Of a DNA stretch of 64,000 bases, positions 28,698-37,513 are shown piece after piece. The first letter of the stretch is position 1, and each line of letters opens with the position of its first letter. The notes below the pieces were generated by a model that had not been told where the DNA came from, did no database searches, and saw only the letters and a list, made by a program, of their open reading frames with translations. Location: positions 4,584 through 68,583 of IMG/VR virus record IMGVR_UViG_2915177872_000003; one strand, written 5' to 3'. Both the position numbers and the translations under genes were made by a program. The stretch is from a virus (taxonomy: Duplodnaviria > Caudoviricetes).

Positions 28698-28952
28698 ATG
28701 CTTCATTTGGACGAGGAGCGTCGCAGCGACCTACTGGACAAGGGTGCCTTGACAGTTGGTGCGGATGGCGATGAGGTTTTGGTCGGACTAAGTCTGGCCG
28801 AGTCTCATTTTTACTTGATGTACGAGGAAAATCCGATCGAAGCGCATGACACGGGCGAAACCGCCCTATACCTGCAGCTAAAGCATAAACATTTAGCAGC
28901 GCGAGGTGCCGCGCTGCTCAACGCAAGCGAAGCATCGCAAATTACCCACTGA
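28698..28952 (+). CDS. Small hypothetical, paralogue B
   Basis: GAGG RBS; aligns with 28308..28568. Confidence 0.7.
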   Translation: MLHLDEERRSDLLDKGALTVGADGDEVLVGLSLAESHFYLMYEENPIEAHDTGETALYLQLKHKHLAARGAALLNASEASQITH

Positions 28953-29335
28953 TCTCCGCCTTGCAACTAGTCCTCTGCTGTGACCTCGGGACTCACGCAG
29001 ATACAACGAATTATTGTGGCGGCCGGGAACTCCCAGCCCTCAAACACACATCAGCGAACCGGCTTACCGGTCGGTTTCCACGAGTACCTTTGGGTCATTG
29101 GCCGCCAGGTGCTGCGGCTCAGCGTGTTCGTGGTCTGATTGCCTGCGGACTTTGATTCATCGCGCGCGATGTCGTCGCTGGTGTGTGGTTGCCAGGTTAC
29201 AGCGTCCTGGCGGCCGGTCTGGCGCGCGGCCCGAAGGCGGCGCCCGGCTGGGTGCTCTGTCTAAAATGTTCTTGTGAGGCTACTTCTTCATGATGCGCAC
29301 CTCCTCGGAGGCTTGCTTTGCGCGGCCTGCGCGCT

Positions 29336-29500
29336 TCATTCTGTGTCGCCGCTGTCCGGCTGGCGATTCCGCGGCAGCAGGTGCCAGCCGAGTTGACGCC
29401 GGATCTCATCGCCGGTGGGCGGCGGGTCCAGCGGCTCGTGCGTGCGGCGATCCATGTACTCCCGGACGCACTCCTTAGTGGGCTTCGTGGTGTCGGTCAT
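29336..29500 (-). CDS. 54-aa hypothetical protein (below the ORF-track cutoff)
   Basis: MTDTTKPTKECVREYMDRR...PPPTGDEIRRQLGWHLL; AAGGGA RBS. Confidence 0.6.
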   Translation of the reverse strand: MTDTTKPTKECVREYMDRRTHEPLDPPPTGDEIRRQLGWHLLPRNRQPDSGDTE

Positions 29501-29576
29501 GGTTGACATCCCTTAAGGAGCGACAGTCTCGGCGCTTTGATGGGACTATGGGTCAAACAAGCGGTCAGGAGGCCAT

Positions 29577-29855
29577 ATGTCCCAACCAAAAAATCCGTAC
29601 TACGTTCCGATAGCAACCCACCGTAATAAGCAGCTTATGAAGGACATTGTTCAGGGCGTTACGGTGTTAATTGATGTCGTGAATTCAGAGATGCCCCATG
29701 ACCGGTCGCTCGCCAAGGCGTGGATCGATGAGAATCAGCCCAACAATGGTGCGGCGATAATTTGGTTTGAAGATGCGAAGACTAAAGCGCGACTTAAATT
29801 CGGAAGCGTTGACGAAGTGCGCGCCCTGATGTTGCAGTCAGAAACGGTCAGGTAG
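29577..29855 (+). CDS. Counter-oriented hypothetical moron
   Basis: AGGAGG RBS, 92 aa, followed by a hairpin at about 29872..29894. Confidence 0.7.
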   Translation: MSQPKNPYYVPIATHRNKQLMKDIVQGVTVLIDVVNSEMPHDRSLAKAWIDENQPNNGAAIIWFEDAKTKARLKFGSVDEVRALMLQSETVR

Positions 29856-30085
29856 TCGAATTGACAAATGAAAAAGCCACCGCAAGGGTGGCTTCGATGT
29901 TTGCTCCAGCGCTATCTGCGAAGTGAGCAGTACACACGAGCGAAAGTATCAACGGAGTTGGTGCTAGCCTCGAATCCCGGTTATCGGTGAGGCTCGGAGC
30001 CTGCATTACGAGTGCCAAGAGTGTGTACGACTAGACGTTAACGTACTCGAATCCTCATGTCAACCGCTGATCTTCAAGTTCAGCA

Positions 30086-30451
30086 TCACTTTAGCCCGCG
30101 CGTCCAATGTGTCTGGTAAATATTCCCGTTTTTATACGAGCAGTTGAACGTAACAGGCAGCGGCGGACTAAAACTACCGCTTATGTGCAGCACTGCATCA
30201 ACATCAATCGTGGTGATTTCGCCTTGAGATACAACGCGCGTGGATATATCAGTCGCGTGGTTTGCCGGGGATGCAGCAAGCATGTTCTTCGCACATGCCA
30301 AACGGATCTTATCGACGTTGCTACCGACATTTGACTCGATTACTCTATTCAACGGATCCTTGAGTACCATCTCTTTCGGTATTTTCGTTGCACATCCCGA
30401 CACAAATAAACAACCAACAATAGCAAGAACTTGAGATCTGGCGAACATCAT
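30086..30451 (-). CDS. Lipoprotein moron
   Basis: Lipobox FVSG-C after a hydrophobic stretch; AT-rich sequence. Confidence 0.75.
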   Translation of the reverse strand: MMFARSQVLAIVGCLFVSGCATKIPKEMVLKDPLNRVIESNVGSNVDKIRLACAKNMLAASPANHATDISTRVVSQGEITTIDVDAVLHISGSFSPPLPVTFNCSYKNGNIYQTHWTRGLK

Positions 30452-30509
30452 GAGCATCCTATAAATTAAGATGCGAGTATACAATTTCCATATGGAAATA
30501 TCCAGATAC

Positions 30510-31046
30510 TCATCTCAAGATGCCTCCAGCGCGCGCATTGTGCGACTGGAGCAGGCCCTCCAACTCGCTGACCATGTCCTTGACCTTCTCCAGTTCGAAG
30601 CCACCGGCGCCGGCGATCTCGGCTTTCCCGGTGCCTTTGCAGGGCGCACAGATTCGGCGATCGGCCGTGTTGCCACTACCGCTGCACGCCGGGCATTTGC
30701 CGTCGAGCCAGTGCGCCAGCGAGCGCTCGGCGATGCGCCGGTAAAGTTTCTGCGCACTGTCCGAATCCCAGGCTGTATTCTCCTTCAACCATTTCCGCTC
30801 ACGCCCCTTCTCGATGACGCGCGCGGTCCAGATGCGCAGCAGCTGCGCCAGGTTGGCGCTGCCGGATTCGAAAAGCTTGTGCTGCGTGCCGTCGGCGTAC
30901 TTCACACGCGACAGCAGCGAGCCGATGCCAGCGCCGGCCGTGTCCGCCAGCGCCGCCGCGCACAGCGGGTCGGTGTCGTGGTGGTGCGCGTCGTCCTGCA
31001 AGTTGGTGGAATTTACAGCGTGAAGGAAGCGGTCGGCGAAGCCCAT
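30510..31046 (-). CDS. Q-like late antiterminator with zinc finger
   Basis: CPACSG...CAPCKG; last early gene before the late region. Confidence 0.7.
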   Translation of the reverse strand: MGFADRFLHAVNSTNLQDDAHHHDTDPLCAAALADTAGAGIGSLLSRVKYADGTQHKLFESGSANLAQLLRIWTARVIEKGRERKWLKENTAWDSDSAQKLYRRIAERSLAHWLDGKCPACSGSGNTADRRICAPCKGTGKAEIAGAGGFELEKVKDMVSELEGLLQSHNARAGGILR

Positions 31047-31129
31047 GGGTTACCTCGATGTGGAAGCCCGAACGTTAACACATCCATGAAAAAAAGAAAG
31101 AGGCGTTGCCGGGAATCTGTTGTTCTTCG

Positions 31130-31324
31130 TCATCGCCACTTCTTGTTGACCTTTGGCGGCTTGGGTTTCTTCGGTTTTGGCTTCGGCTTCTCCGCTTCCA
31201 GCTTCACCGATTCGGCCGGGTCGCGGTAGCATGCCGCAGGCAGCGCGCGGCTGCGTTCCGGCGAGTGGCGCGCCGGCGCCAGCATCACGGCCAGCAGCTC
31301 ATCCTTGCGGAGCGGCGCGTTCAT
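31130..31324 (-). CDS. Small basic hypothetical protein
   Basis: ATGA-coupled 64-aa ORF. Confidence 0.55.
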   Translation of the reverse strand: MNAPLRKDELLAVMLAPARHSPERSRALPAACYRDPAESVKLEAEKPKPKPKKPKPPKVNKKWR

Positions 31325-31746
31325 ACTCGCAGCACTCCGGTGAGGTCGAACTCGGCCACCGCGGCCTGCGCGGCTCGCGCGATGGCGACGTTCGGTACCG
31401 ACCGCAGGTAGACCATCGTCCGGCCGACGCCTTCGCGCAGCACACGCATCTCGTCGCCGGTCACGCCGTGCTTGCCGACACGCTGGGCCCGCGCCTGGAT
31501 CTCAGCGATGGCCAGCACCATCGCGTGTGCGATCGGCAGGATCTCGTGGCCGGCCGGCGCGATGCGGCGCACCAAATCGGCGTTCGACAGCAGGTCGTAG
31601 ATGTGCTGCTCCTGCAGATGGTCCATCCCGAGCGCCACGCTGGCCTGGAACCCGGGCATCTCGAACTCGACCGACTTGCGCATGCCCAGCGGCAGGACGC
31701 AAGGCTTGGGCTTGTAAGCCTTGCGACGCTTCTTGGTATTGGCCAT
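31321..31746 (-). CDS. Hypothetical phage protein
   Basis: Start MANTKKRR with GGAGG RBS. Confidence 0.65.
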   Translation of the reverse strand: MANTKKRRKAYKPKPCVLPLGMRKSVEFEMPGFQASVALGMDHLQEQHIYDLLSNADLVRRIAPAGHEILPIAHAMVLAIAEIQARAQRVGKHGVTGDEMRVLREGVGRTMVYLRSVPNVAIARAAQAAVAEFDLTGVLRV

Positions 31747-31747
31747 C

Positions 31748-32368
31748 TCACCCCTCCAACCGTGGCACGGTCGCACGCTGCATCGCGAGTAGAGGCGTAT
31801 CACTGCCGCCGGCCAGCACGCGCTGGGCAGCTGCCGGATCCCCGACCAGCACCGGCACCTGGAGCGCGAAGCCCTGCTTTCCGTTGTGGGCGTTAGCCAT
31901 GCCAATGAGGCGAGGAGGATAAGCCGGTGTCTCGCCACGCATCCGGTACCCGCGATAGCGATTCTCGAATTCGCGTGCGATGAACGGCCAATCACTCTCA
32001 ACCTTACCCATTAACTGCAACCAGCCGCCCATGTCGTGCAAAACGCGGTGGATCAGCGCATCGTCGAACACGACATCGGCGTAGGAGCCGACCTGACGCA
32101 CTGCCCGATCAACCTTCGACCAGGCTACCGCAGCCTGGTCGGCAGTTCGCCCCTGAAGCATCTTGCCCACATCCGCAACCTTGGGCATCCACTGTCCGCT
32201 GTCCGGGTTCTTCGCGTGGGCCCACAGCGCCTTCTCGACGGCCTCCAGGTTGTACTCGCGCAGACCTTCCCAGTAGACCGTCAGCACGCCCTTGGATAGC
32301 TCTTTGCCGTAGTAGTCGGCCACGCCGATCAGGGTGGTGAAGAACCGTTTTTTGTCGTCCTCAGTCAT
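31748..32368 (-). CDS. DUF6475-like replication accessory protein
   Basis: Follows the initiator; WMPKVAD and SVVFDD-like (DVVFDDALIH) motifs. Confidence 0.7.
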   Translation of the reverse strand: MTEDDKKRFFTTLIGVADYYGKELSKGVLTVYWEGLREYNLEAVEKALWAHAKNPDSGQWMPKVADVGKMLQGRTADQAAVAWSKVDRAVRQVGSYADVVFDDALIHRVLHDMGGWLQLMGKVESDWPFIAREFENRYRGYRMRGETPAYPPRLIGMANAHNGKQGFALQVPVLVGDPAAAQRVLAGGSDTPLLAMQRATVPRLEG

Positions 32369-33302
32369 GGCTCTGATCCTTCAAAAGTTCCTCGACTGCG
32401 CGCGCAGTAGCCTGGCCTGCCTTGCCCAGTTGCTGGATCGCCGACGCTCCCGGCACGCTCCCTCGACGCTTGATGGCGAGCTGATCCCACTTCTCGCGCA
32501 GCTTGCTGGGCGACAGGATGTTGGCGCGCCAAAAATCGTCGTCTTGCGCCCAGCTGAACAGCTCGCATATCTCGCGGTGGGTGCGGCCATCGCGCTCACG
32601 CATCAGCCGCACGTCGTCGGACCAGTTTTCGAAGTTCGGAGGCTTGTGGCCCGGGTTGTTCGCCAGGATGCGACCAAACAGCCAGCGGGCGCACTGTTCG
32701 TCCTCGGGAGTACTGCGGCGCTGTTTGCGTCGCTCCCTGCTTTCATCATCATCGGCAACGGGAGGCGGCGCCACGGCGGCGCTTTTCGCCGACGTGTTGT
32801 TTCCTTCTCCTATTCCTGCTACTGCTACTGCTCCTGTTTCGGGGCTCAGTACCGAAGGCTTTCGAAAGGGTTCGTTTTCAGCCTCGAATTTGTCCAAAAT
32901 AGCAGCAGGAAAAACGGGGGAGAATTCGCGCAAAGCCGCAGCCAGTGCGGCTTTCGCCATGACCGGGCCCGACAGGGTTTCGAAAAGTTTCCCCGCTGCC
33001 TTCCCTACATTCGGATTTTCGAACTGGTTCCACTTCAGGTAGCGCAGGATGACCACCCAATTTGACCTATCACAACGGTAGATGTAACCCTTTGCGACAA
33101 GTCCTACAAACCCTTTCGATACCCTTTCCGCACTCCATTTAAGGTCATCGGAAGCATATGCCTCCGGAAGGCGAAAGCATCCCAGCATGTTGCCGTGCGG
33201 GCAGGTTAGAAGGTACAGCGCAAGAGTACGCTCGTCCTCCGACATGGCCGACACATCCTCACTGGTCCAAAAAGCGGTGTACACCTTTCCGTATTCACGC
33301 AT
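32361..33302 (-). CDS. Replication initiator (lambda O-like C-terminus)
   Basis: WSDDVRLMRERDGRT..ICELF.WA..DDFWRANILSPSKLREKWDQL. Confidence 0.85.
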   Translation of the reverse strand: MREYGKVYTAFWTSEDVSAMSEDERTLALYLLTCPHGNMLGCFRLPEAYASDDLKWSAERVSKGFVGLVAKGYIYRCDRSNWVVILRYLKWNQFENPNVGKAAGKLFETLSGPVMAKAALAAALREFSPVFPAAILDKFEAENEPFRKPSVLSPETGAVAVAGIGEGNNTSAKSAAVAPPPVADDDESRERRKQRRSTPEDEQCARWLFGRILANNPGHKPPNFENWSDDVRLMRERDGRTHREICELFSWAQDDDFWRANILSPSKLREKWDQLAIKRRGSVPGASAIQQLGKAGQATARAVEELLKDQSHD

Positions 33303-33474
33303 CTCGCACCCCTGCGACATACTGCGTGCGGCCGGTCAGCGCGTCGCGCACAGTGGATTCCGCAACCTGAAAGCGGCGCGCCAGTTCACGGTAGCCAGCG
33401 CCACGCACACCAGGCTTATAGGCTGCGCGGATGGCTCGCACCTGGTCATCGGTCAAAACACGGCGGCGCGTCAC
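33295..33474 (-). CDS. 59-aa HTH protein (below the ORF-track cutoff)
   Basis: GTG overlaps the upstream stop; MTRRRVLTDDQVRAIR...YRELARRFQVAESTVRDAL. Confidence 0.65.
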   Translation of the reverse strand: MTRRRVLTDDQVRAIRAAYKPGVRGAGYRELARRFQVAESTVRDALTGRTQYVAGVRDA

Positions 33475-36101
33475 GATGCATTCTCCTGGTCCAGCGCCAC
33501 CAGGTCGAACAGCGTCGGCATGCTGACCTCGCGCTCCGCCTCCTGCAGGTAGTGCACCTGGTCGCGGAAGTAAGCGGCGTTGAGCTCCGAGCCGCGGCCT
33601 TTCCGGCCCAGCTTCAACGCGCGAACGCCGACCGTGCCCAATCCGTGGAACGGGTCATAGACCACCTCGCCCGGGTTGGTGTAGCGGCCAATCAGGCGAT
33701 CAACGATATCGATCTGGAATGGGCACACGTGATTCTCGACGGCGCGCGCCGCCTGGGCGCCGTTCAGCGTCTTCATGCGCACGATGTCATGCCAAACCAT
33801 CGGGTCGCTACTGCCCGGCGCCAAGCTCATGTACGTGGCCGGCAGCGACTTGCTCGCCAGCATCTGCTCGCCGGTGTCGACGTGCAGTTGGTAGTCGTAG
33901 ACGTTGGCCAGCGACAGCTCGGTGAACATCTTCGCCAGCTTGGCCGGGCCGTAACTGGCCAGCTCCGCCGCGCCCAGCAGGCGGTTGCCGCTGGAGCGCC
34001 AGAATGCGTGCGCATCGACCTGCCAGCGCGCGACGCTGTAGCCGGTGCCCGGGATCGGCGGCAGCGTCCGATCGAAGTCCACCGGCAGGCCATCATCGCC
34101 CAGGCACTGCGGCTTGACCTTCGTCACTGGCGTGTCGGCGTAGCCGCGCGCGCGGTCCGTCTGCGGCTTATGGAACAGCAGGATGTACTCCGGCGAGCCG
34201 ACGCCCATCTTCGTGCCATCCTTGCACACCTCGGAATAGCCCAGGCGGTAGGTCTGATTGTTCTCCCGGACCACGTCGGTCACCACCGTGATCATGCCCA
34301 TGTAGTCGAAGCCGTGCTTCAGGCCATGGAACAGCGCTTCAGCGTGGAACGGACTGACAGTCGGCACGCCGGCGCCGGTGACGTTTCCGAACAGGATACG
34401 GTCCTTCACGTGGCAGGCGTAGATGCGGCCCGGCTGCAGGATGCGCAGCAGTTGCGGCGTCAGGAAGTCCATCTGGCGCCAGAATTGCGCATTGTCCTGC
34501 GTGTGGCCGAAGTCGTTGTAGCTCGGGCTGTATTCGTAATGGTTGGCGAACGGGATCGACGTCAGGACCATGCCGACAGAGTTTTCAGGCTGCTCCAGCG
34601 CCTCCAACACGCAGTCGTTATGCGCGACGCTGAAGTGATCGCCGACGGCGACCTGGCGTTGCACGCCGATCGTGCGCGCGAGCGCATCCTGCATCGACAG
34701 CTGGTCCAACCCGTAGGTGCGGATGATCTCGCCCATCTTGGACTGCATCTCGTCGTGCTGCTGCCACTTCACCTGCAGGTCTGCCAGCACCTTGCGCTCG
34801 ACCTCGGTATGCACGATGTCGATGATGACCGGGTGCTTCTGCTGGAAGCGCTGGACGCGGTGAATGGCCTGGATGAAGTCGTTGAATTTGAACCCGACGC
34901 CGGCAAAGATCTCGCGGTGGCAGTGCGCCTGGAAGTTGCAGCCCGAGCCGGCGATGATCGGCTTCGTCGACAGCACCGGGAATTTGCCGTCGCTGAAGTC
35001 AGCAATGCGCTGTTCGCGTTCGTCAAGATCCTGCGTACCCCAGACGCTCACGGCGGTCGGAATTGCTGCTTGGATAGCGTGCCGTTCGTCCTCTAGATCG
35101 TGCCAGACCACGAAGTGGTCTTCCGGCGCCGCCGCGATGATCTCCGCGACTTTGGCGACGCGCGCCGCCATGCTGTTGCGCTTCTCGCCGGCGGCCGCCG
35201 ACAGGCCCATGGCGACATCCGGGATCAGCAGGCCTTGTCCGTTCTTCTCGACGCCGGCCGTCTCGTAGTTGCTGGGCACCTCGTGGTACCGGATCTCGAT
35301 CGGCGGCAAGTCGTAACCCTCGTTTGAATGCCCCAGATCGCTCGGATGATGGATGACCACCGCCCAACTGTTGATCCACAACCAGAATTCATGTTTCTTG
35401 TGCGGATACAGCTGCAGGTTGCCGGCCTTCTCACTATCGCGCTGGAAGAAGCGGGTCAGCGACTGGCCAGTGTCCATCACGCCCAGGAAGCCAGCGTAGT
35501 GGATCAGTTCCTTGAAACGGTTCGGGCTTGGCGTGGCCGTGTACACGAACTTGAATTCGACGCCTTCGAACATCGGCAGGAATTCCTGGTAAGTCTTGCT
35601 GCCGTAGCTGCGCAACACGCTGGCTTCGTCCAGGCCGACGGCGCCGATGCGGCCGGTGGTGATCTTGCCTTCCCGGACCGACTCGTAGTTCGTCAGGTAG
35701 ATCACGGTCGGGTCGACAATTTCAGCATCAGTGCGCACGAACTGCACCGTGATGGCCTGCTCACCGGTGAAGCGCTTGGCGGCCTCACGAATGAATTCCT
35801 GCCGCACGCCCAGCGGCAAGACGATCAGGCGGAACATCTCCGGTCGGCGGATTCCGATCTGCCGCATCACCTCCAGGTTGGTGCTGGTTTTGTGCAGGCC
35901 GAACGATGCGAAGATGGCGCGCTGGCCGCCGGCGAGCGCCCAGCGCACGATGTCGCGGGTGTGGGGCTTAAGGCCGGGGTGGATCTGCTCCAGCGGCACG
36001 TCGAAGCCCTTCTTTTGGGCCAGCTTGATTTTCTCCCGCAGGAACTGGCCGTATTCGACCTGCACCAGCAGCTTTTGTTCTTCAGGGCTAAATGCGCTCA
36101 T
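33471..36101 (-). CDS. SF2 (SNF2-like) helicase fused to an amino-(N6A/N4C) DNA methyltransferase
   Basis: FGLHKT, LDEAS and TATPSPN helicase motifs; MTase motif IV TSIPF precedes motif I DPFHGLGT (beta-class order). Confidence 0.85.
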   Translation of the reverse strand: MSAFSPEEQKLLVQVEYGQFLREKIKLAQKKGFDVPLEQIHPGLKPHTRDIVRWALAGGQRAIFASFGLHKTSTNLEVMRQIGIRRPEMFRLIVLPLGVRQEFIREAAKRFTGEQAITVQFVRTDAEIVDPTVIYLTNYESVREGKITTGRIGAVGLDEASVLRSYGSKTYQEFLPMFEGVEFKFVYTATPSPNRFKELIHYAGFLGVMDTGQSLTRFFQRDSEKAGNLQLYPHKKHEFWLWINSWAVVIHHPSDLGHSNEGYDLPPIEIRYHEVPSNYETAGVEKNGQGLLIPDVAMGLSAAAGEKRNSMAARVAKVAEIIAAAPEDHFVVWHDLEDERHAIQAAIPTAVSVWGTQDLDEREQRIADFSDGKFPVLSTKPIIAGSGCNFQAHCHREIFAGVGFKFNDFIQAIHRVQRFQQKHPVIIDIVHTEVERKVLADLQVKWQQHDEMQSKMGEIIRTYGLDQLSMQDALARTIGVQRQVAVGDHFSVAHNDCVLEALEQPENSVGMVLTSIPFANHYEYSPSYNDFGHTQDNAQFWRQMDFLTPQLLRILQPGRIYACHVKDRILFGNVTGAGVPTVSPFHAEALFHGLKHGFDYMGMITVVTDVVRENNQTYRLGYSEVCKDGTKMGVGSPEYILLFHKPQTDRARGYADTPVTKVKPQCLGDDGLPVDFDRTLPPIPGTGYSVARWQVDAHAFWRSSGNRLLGAAELASYGPAKLAKMFTELSLANVYDYQLHVDTGEQMLASKSLPATYMSLAPGSSDPMVWHDIVRMKTLNGAQAARAVENHVCPFQIDIVDRLIGRYTNPGEVVYDPFHGLGTVGVRALKLGRKGRGSELNAAYFRDQVHYLQEAEREVSMPTLFDLVALDQENAS

Positions 36102-36118
36102 GTCTCTTCCGTTTCAGG

Positions 36119-36826
36119 TTAAATTCCAGCAGCTGGTGCAGCAGCAGCCTTCAGGTCTTTCAATAATTTTCGGTAGTGCGCGGTCATGGCGATCAACTGG
36201 TCGACCGTGTAGTGGCGCGACTCGTTGTCGGCCTCAAGCGCCTCGACAGCGGCCAGGCCGATGCGCGCGATGACGCCGGCGCGGAACGATGCCGCCGTGG
36301 TGCCGCCTGGGCGGTTGCAGCCCTTCAGCTGAGCGAACACGTTGCGCTCATCGAAGCGGAGGTGCGGATGGCTTCCGCGCGACAGGTAGTGCCCGGCATC
36401 CCAGACGCCGCCGGTAAGCGAGCCAGCGGCGGCGCGACGGCCGCAGCAAATACAAGGTTTGTCACGATCGCGGAATCGCACCCAGGCGTTGAACGCCTTC
36501 TGGCAGTCAGCCACGTGGTCAGCCTTGCGCTTGAACTTGGCCAGCTTCTCCTTGCGTTCCTTGCGTTCGGCCTTTGCCGCGGCCTGTCGCTGTTTATCCA
36601 GCTTAGCCATGGCCAGCACAGCACCGCATTCCGGCGAACACCAGATGACGAAAGGCGCCGGCCGCACGAACTCTGCGCGGCAGCTGCGTACGGCACACTT
36701 GTGCTTCTTCTCGCGCGCCGCCTTGGTGGCTATCTTCGTCACCTCGCGCGCCTCGATGCGCTCACCGCGCGCGAACGCATTGGACTTCATGGCCGTCTTG
36801 CGGGGCGGCATCGGGGATCGCTTCAT
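36119..36826 (-). CDS. NinG/Rap-like recombination endonuclease
   Basis: CQKAFNAWVRFRD..KPCICCG, DAGHYLSRG...LRFDERN..AQ motifs. Confidence 0.85.
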   Translation of the reverse strand: MKRSPMPPRKTAMKSNAFARGERIEAREVTKIATKAAREKKHKCAVRSCRAEFVRPAPFVIWCSPECGAVLAMAKLDKQRQAAAKAERKERKEKLAKFKRKADHVADCQKAFNAWVRFRDRDKPCICCGRRAAAGSLTGGVWDAGHYLSRGSHPHLRFDERNVFAQLKGCNRPGGTTAASFRAGVIARIGLAAVEALEADNESRHYTVDQLIAMTAHYRKLLKDLKAAAAPAAGI

Positions 36827-36915
36827 AGCACACCCCTGCGATTCGATAGCAAATTGCTATCATGAAGCTCAACAATTCGAGTAATAATATTTACAACATA
36901 ATTCAGAGGCGTGAC

Positions 36916-37173
36916 ATGCCCCACATCATTCAGGAGACCTATAGAGGATGGGAAATAACCATTCGATGCAGCCATATCGCGAGCAAGATCCACCCTGCGC
37001 GATATACAGCTATTGCCGAAGCAGAACTGCAGCCTGGAGAGAACCCGGGCGACTGGGTCGATCCACGAATGCAGGTGCTCAGCACTGGAGGGCGAAGCTT
37101 TGCAACCGGCGATGCGTGCATCAACGCCTTGCTCGGAGAGGCTAAACAGCTGATCGACGCATTGCGACGGTGA
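36916..37173 (+). CDS. Small counter-oriented hypothetical protein
   Basis: GAGG RBS; MPHIIQETYRGWEITIRC. Confidence 0.7.
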   Translation: MPHIIQETYRGWEITIRCSHIASKIHPARYTAIAEAELQPGENPGDWVDPRMQVLSTGGRSFATGDACINALLGEAKQLIDALRR

Positions 37174-37256
37174 TAGATTCATCGGCGCCATGCCGCACTT
37201 CGTGGGTGAACGGCGCATCATGCTAATATCATCCTTGCAACCTTTAGGAGAGCGCC

Positions 37257-37499
37257 ATGACCCACCAAGTTTTTCTTGAAGCTGGCGACTATGTCGCCTA
37301 CTGTTCGGCACTTGAAGTTCGCCCTGAAAAGTGGCAGGCATCCGTGCTCTTCGAAAGAAAAGTCGATTTTGCGAAGCCCCAGGTTCCAGCAATGAGGCAC
37401 AATCTCCCGGATGATTACCTTACCCGCGACGCCGCGATAGCGACCGCAATCGCCTACGCTGAAGAGCGTGCAGCGCATCATCAAACTGGCCTTGCCTAA
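37257..37499 (+). CDS. Small counter-oriented hypothetical protein
   Basis: AGGAGA RBS, 80 aa. Confidence 0.7.
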   Translation: MTHQVFLEAGDYVAYCSALEVRPEKWQASVLFERKVDFAKPQVPAMRHNLPDDYLTRDAAIATAIAYAEERAAHHQTGLA

Positions 37500-37513
37500 A
37501 CTGATGCGGTTCA

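Noticed and set aside
29959-30035. tRNA-like element on the minus strand ending GCTAGCACCA, with 6/7 acceptor-like pairs
   Set aside because: No recognisable D-arm or TTCRA T-loop; the interior folds as one long hairpin. tRNAscan-SE or ARAGORN would settle it.
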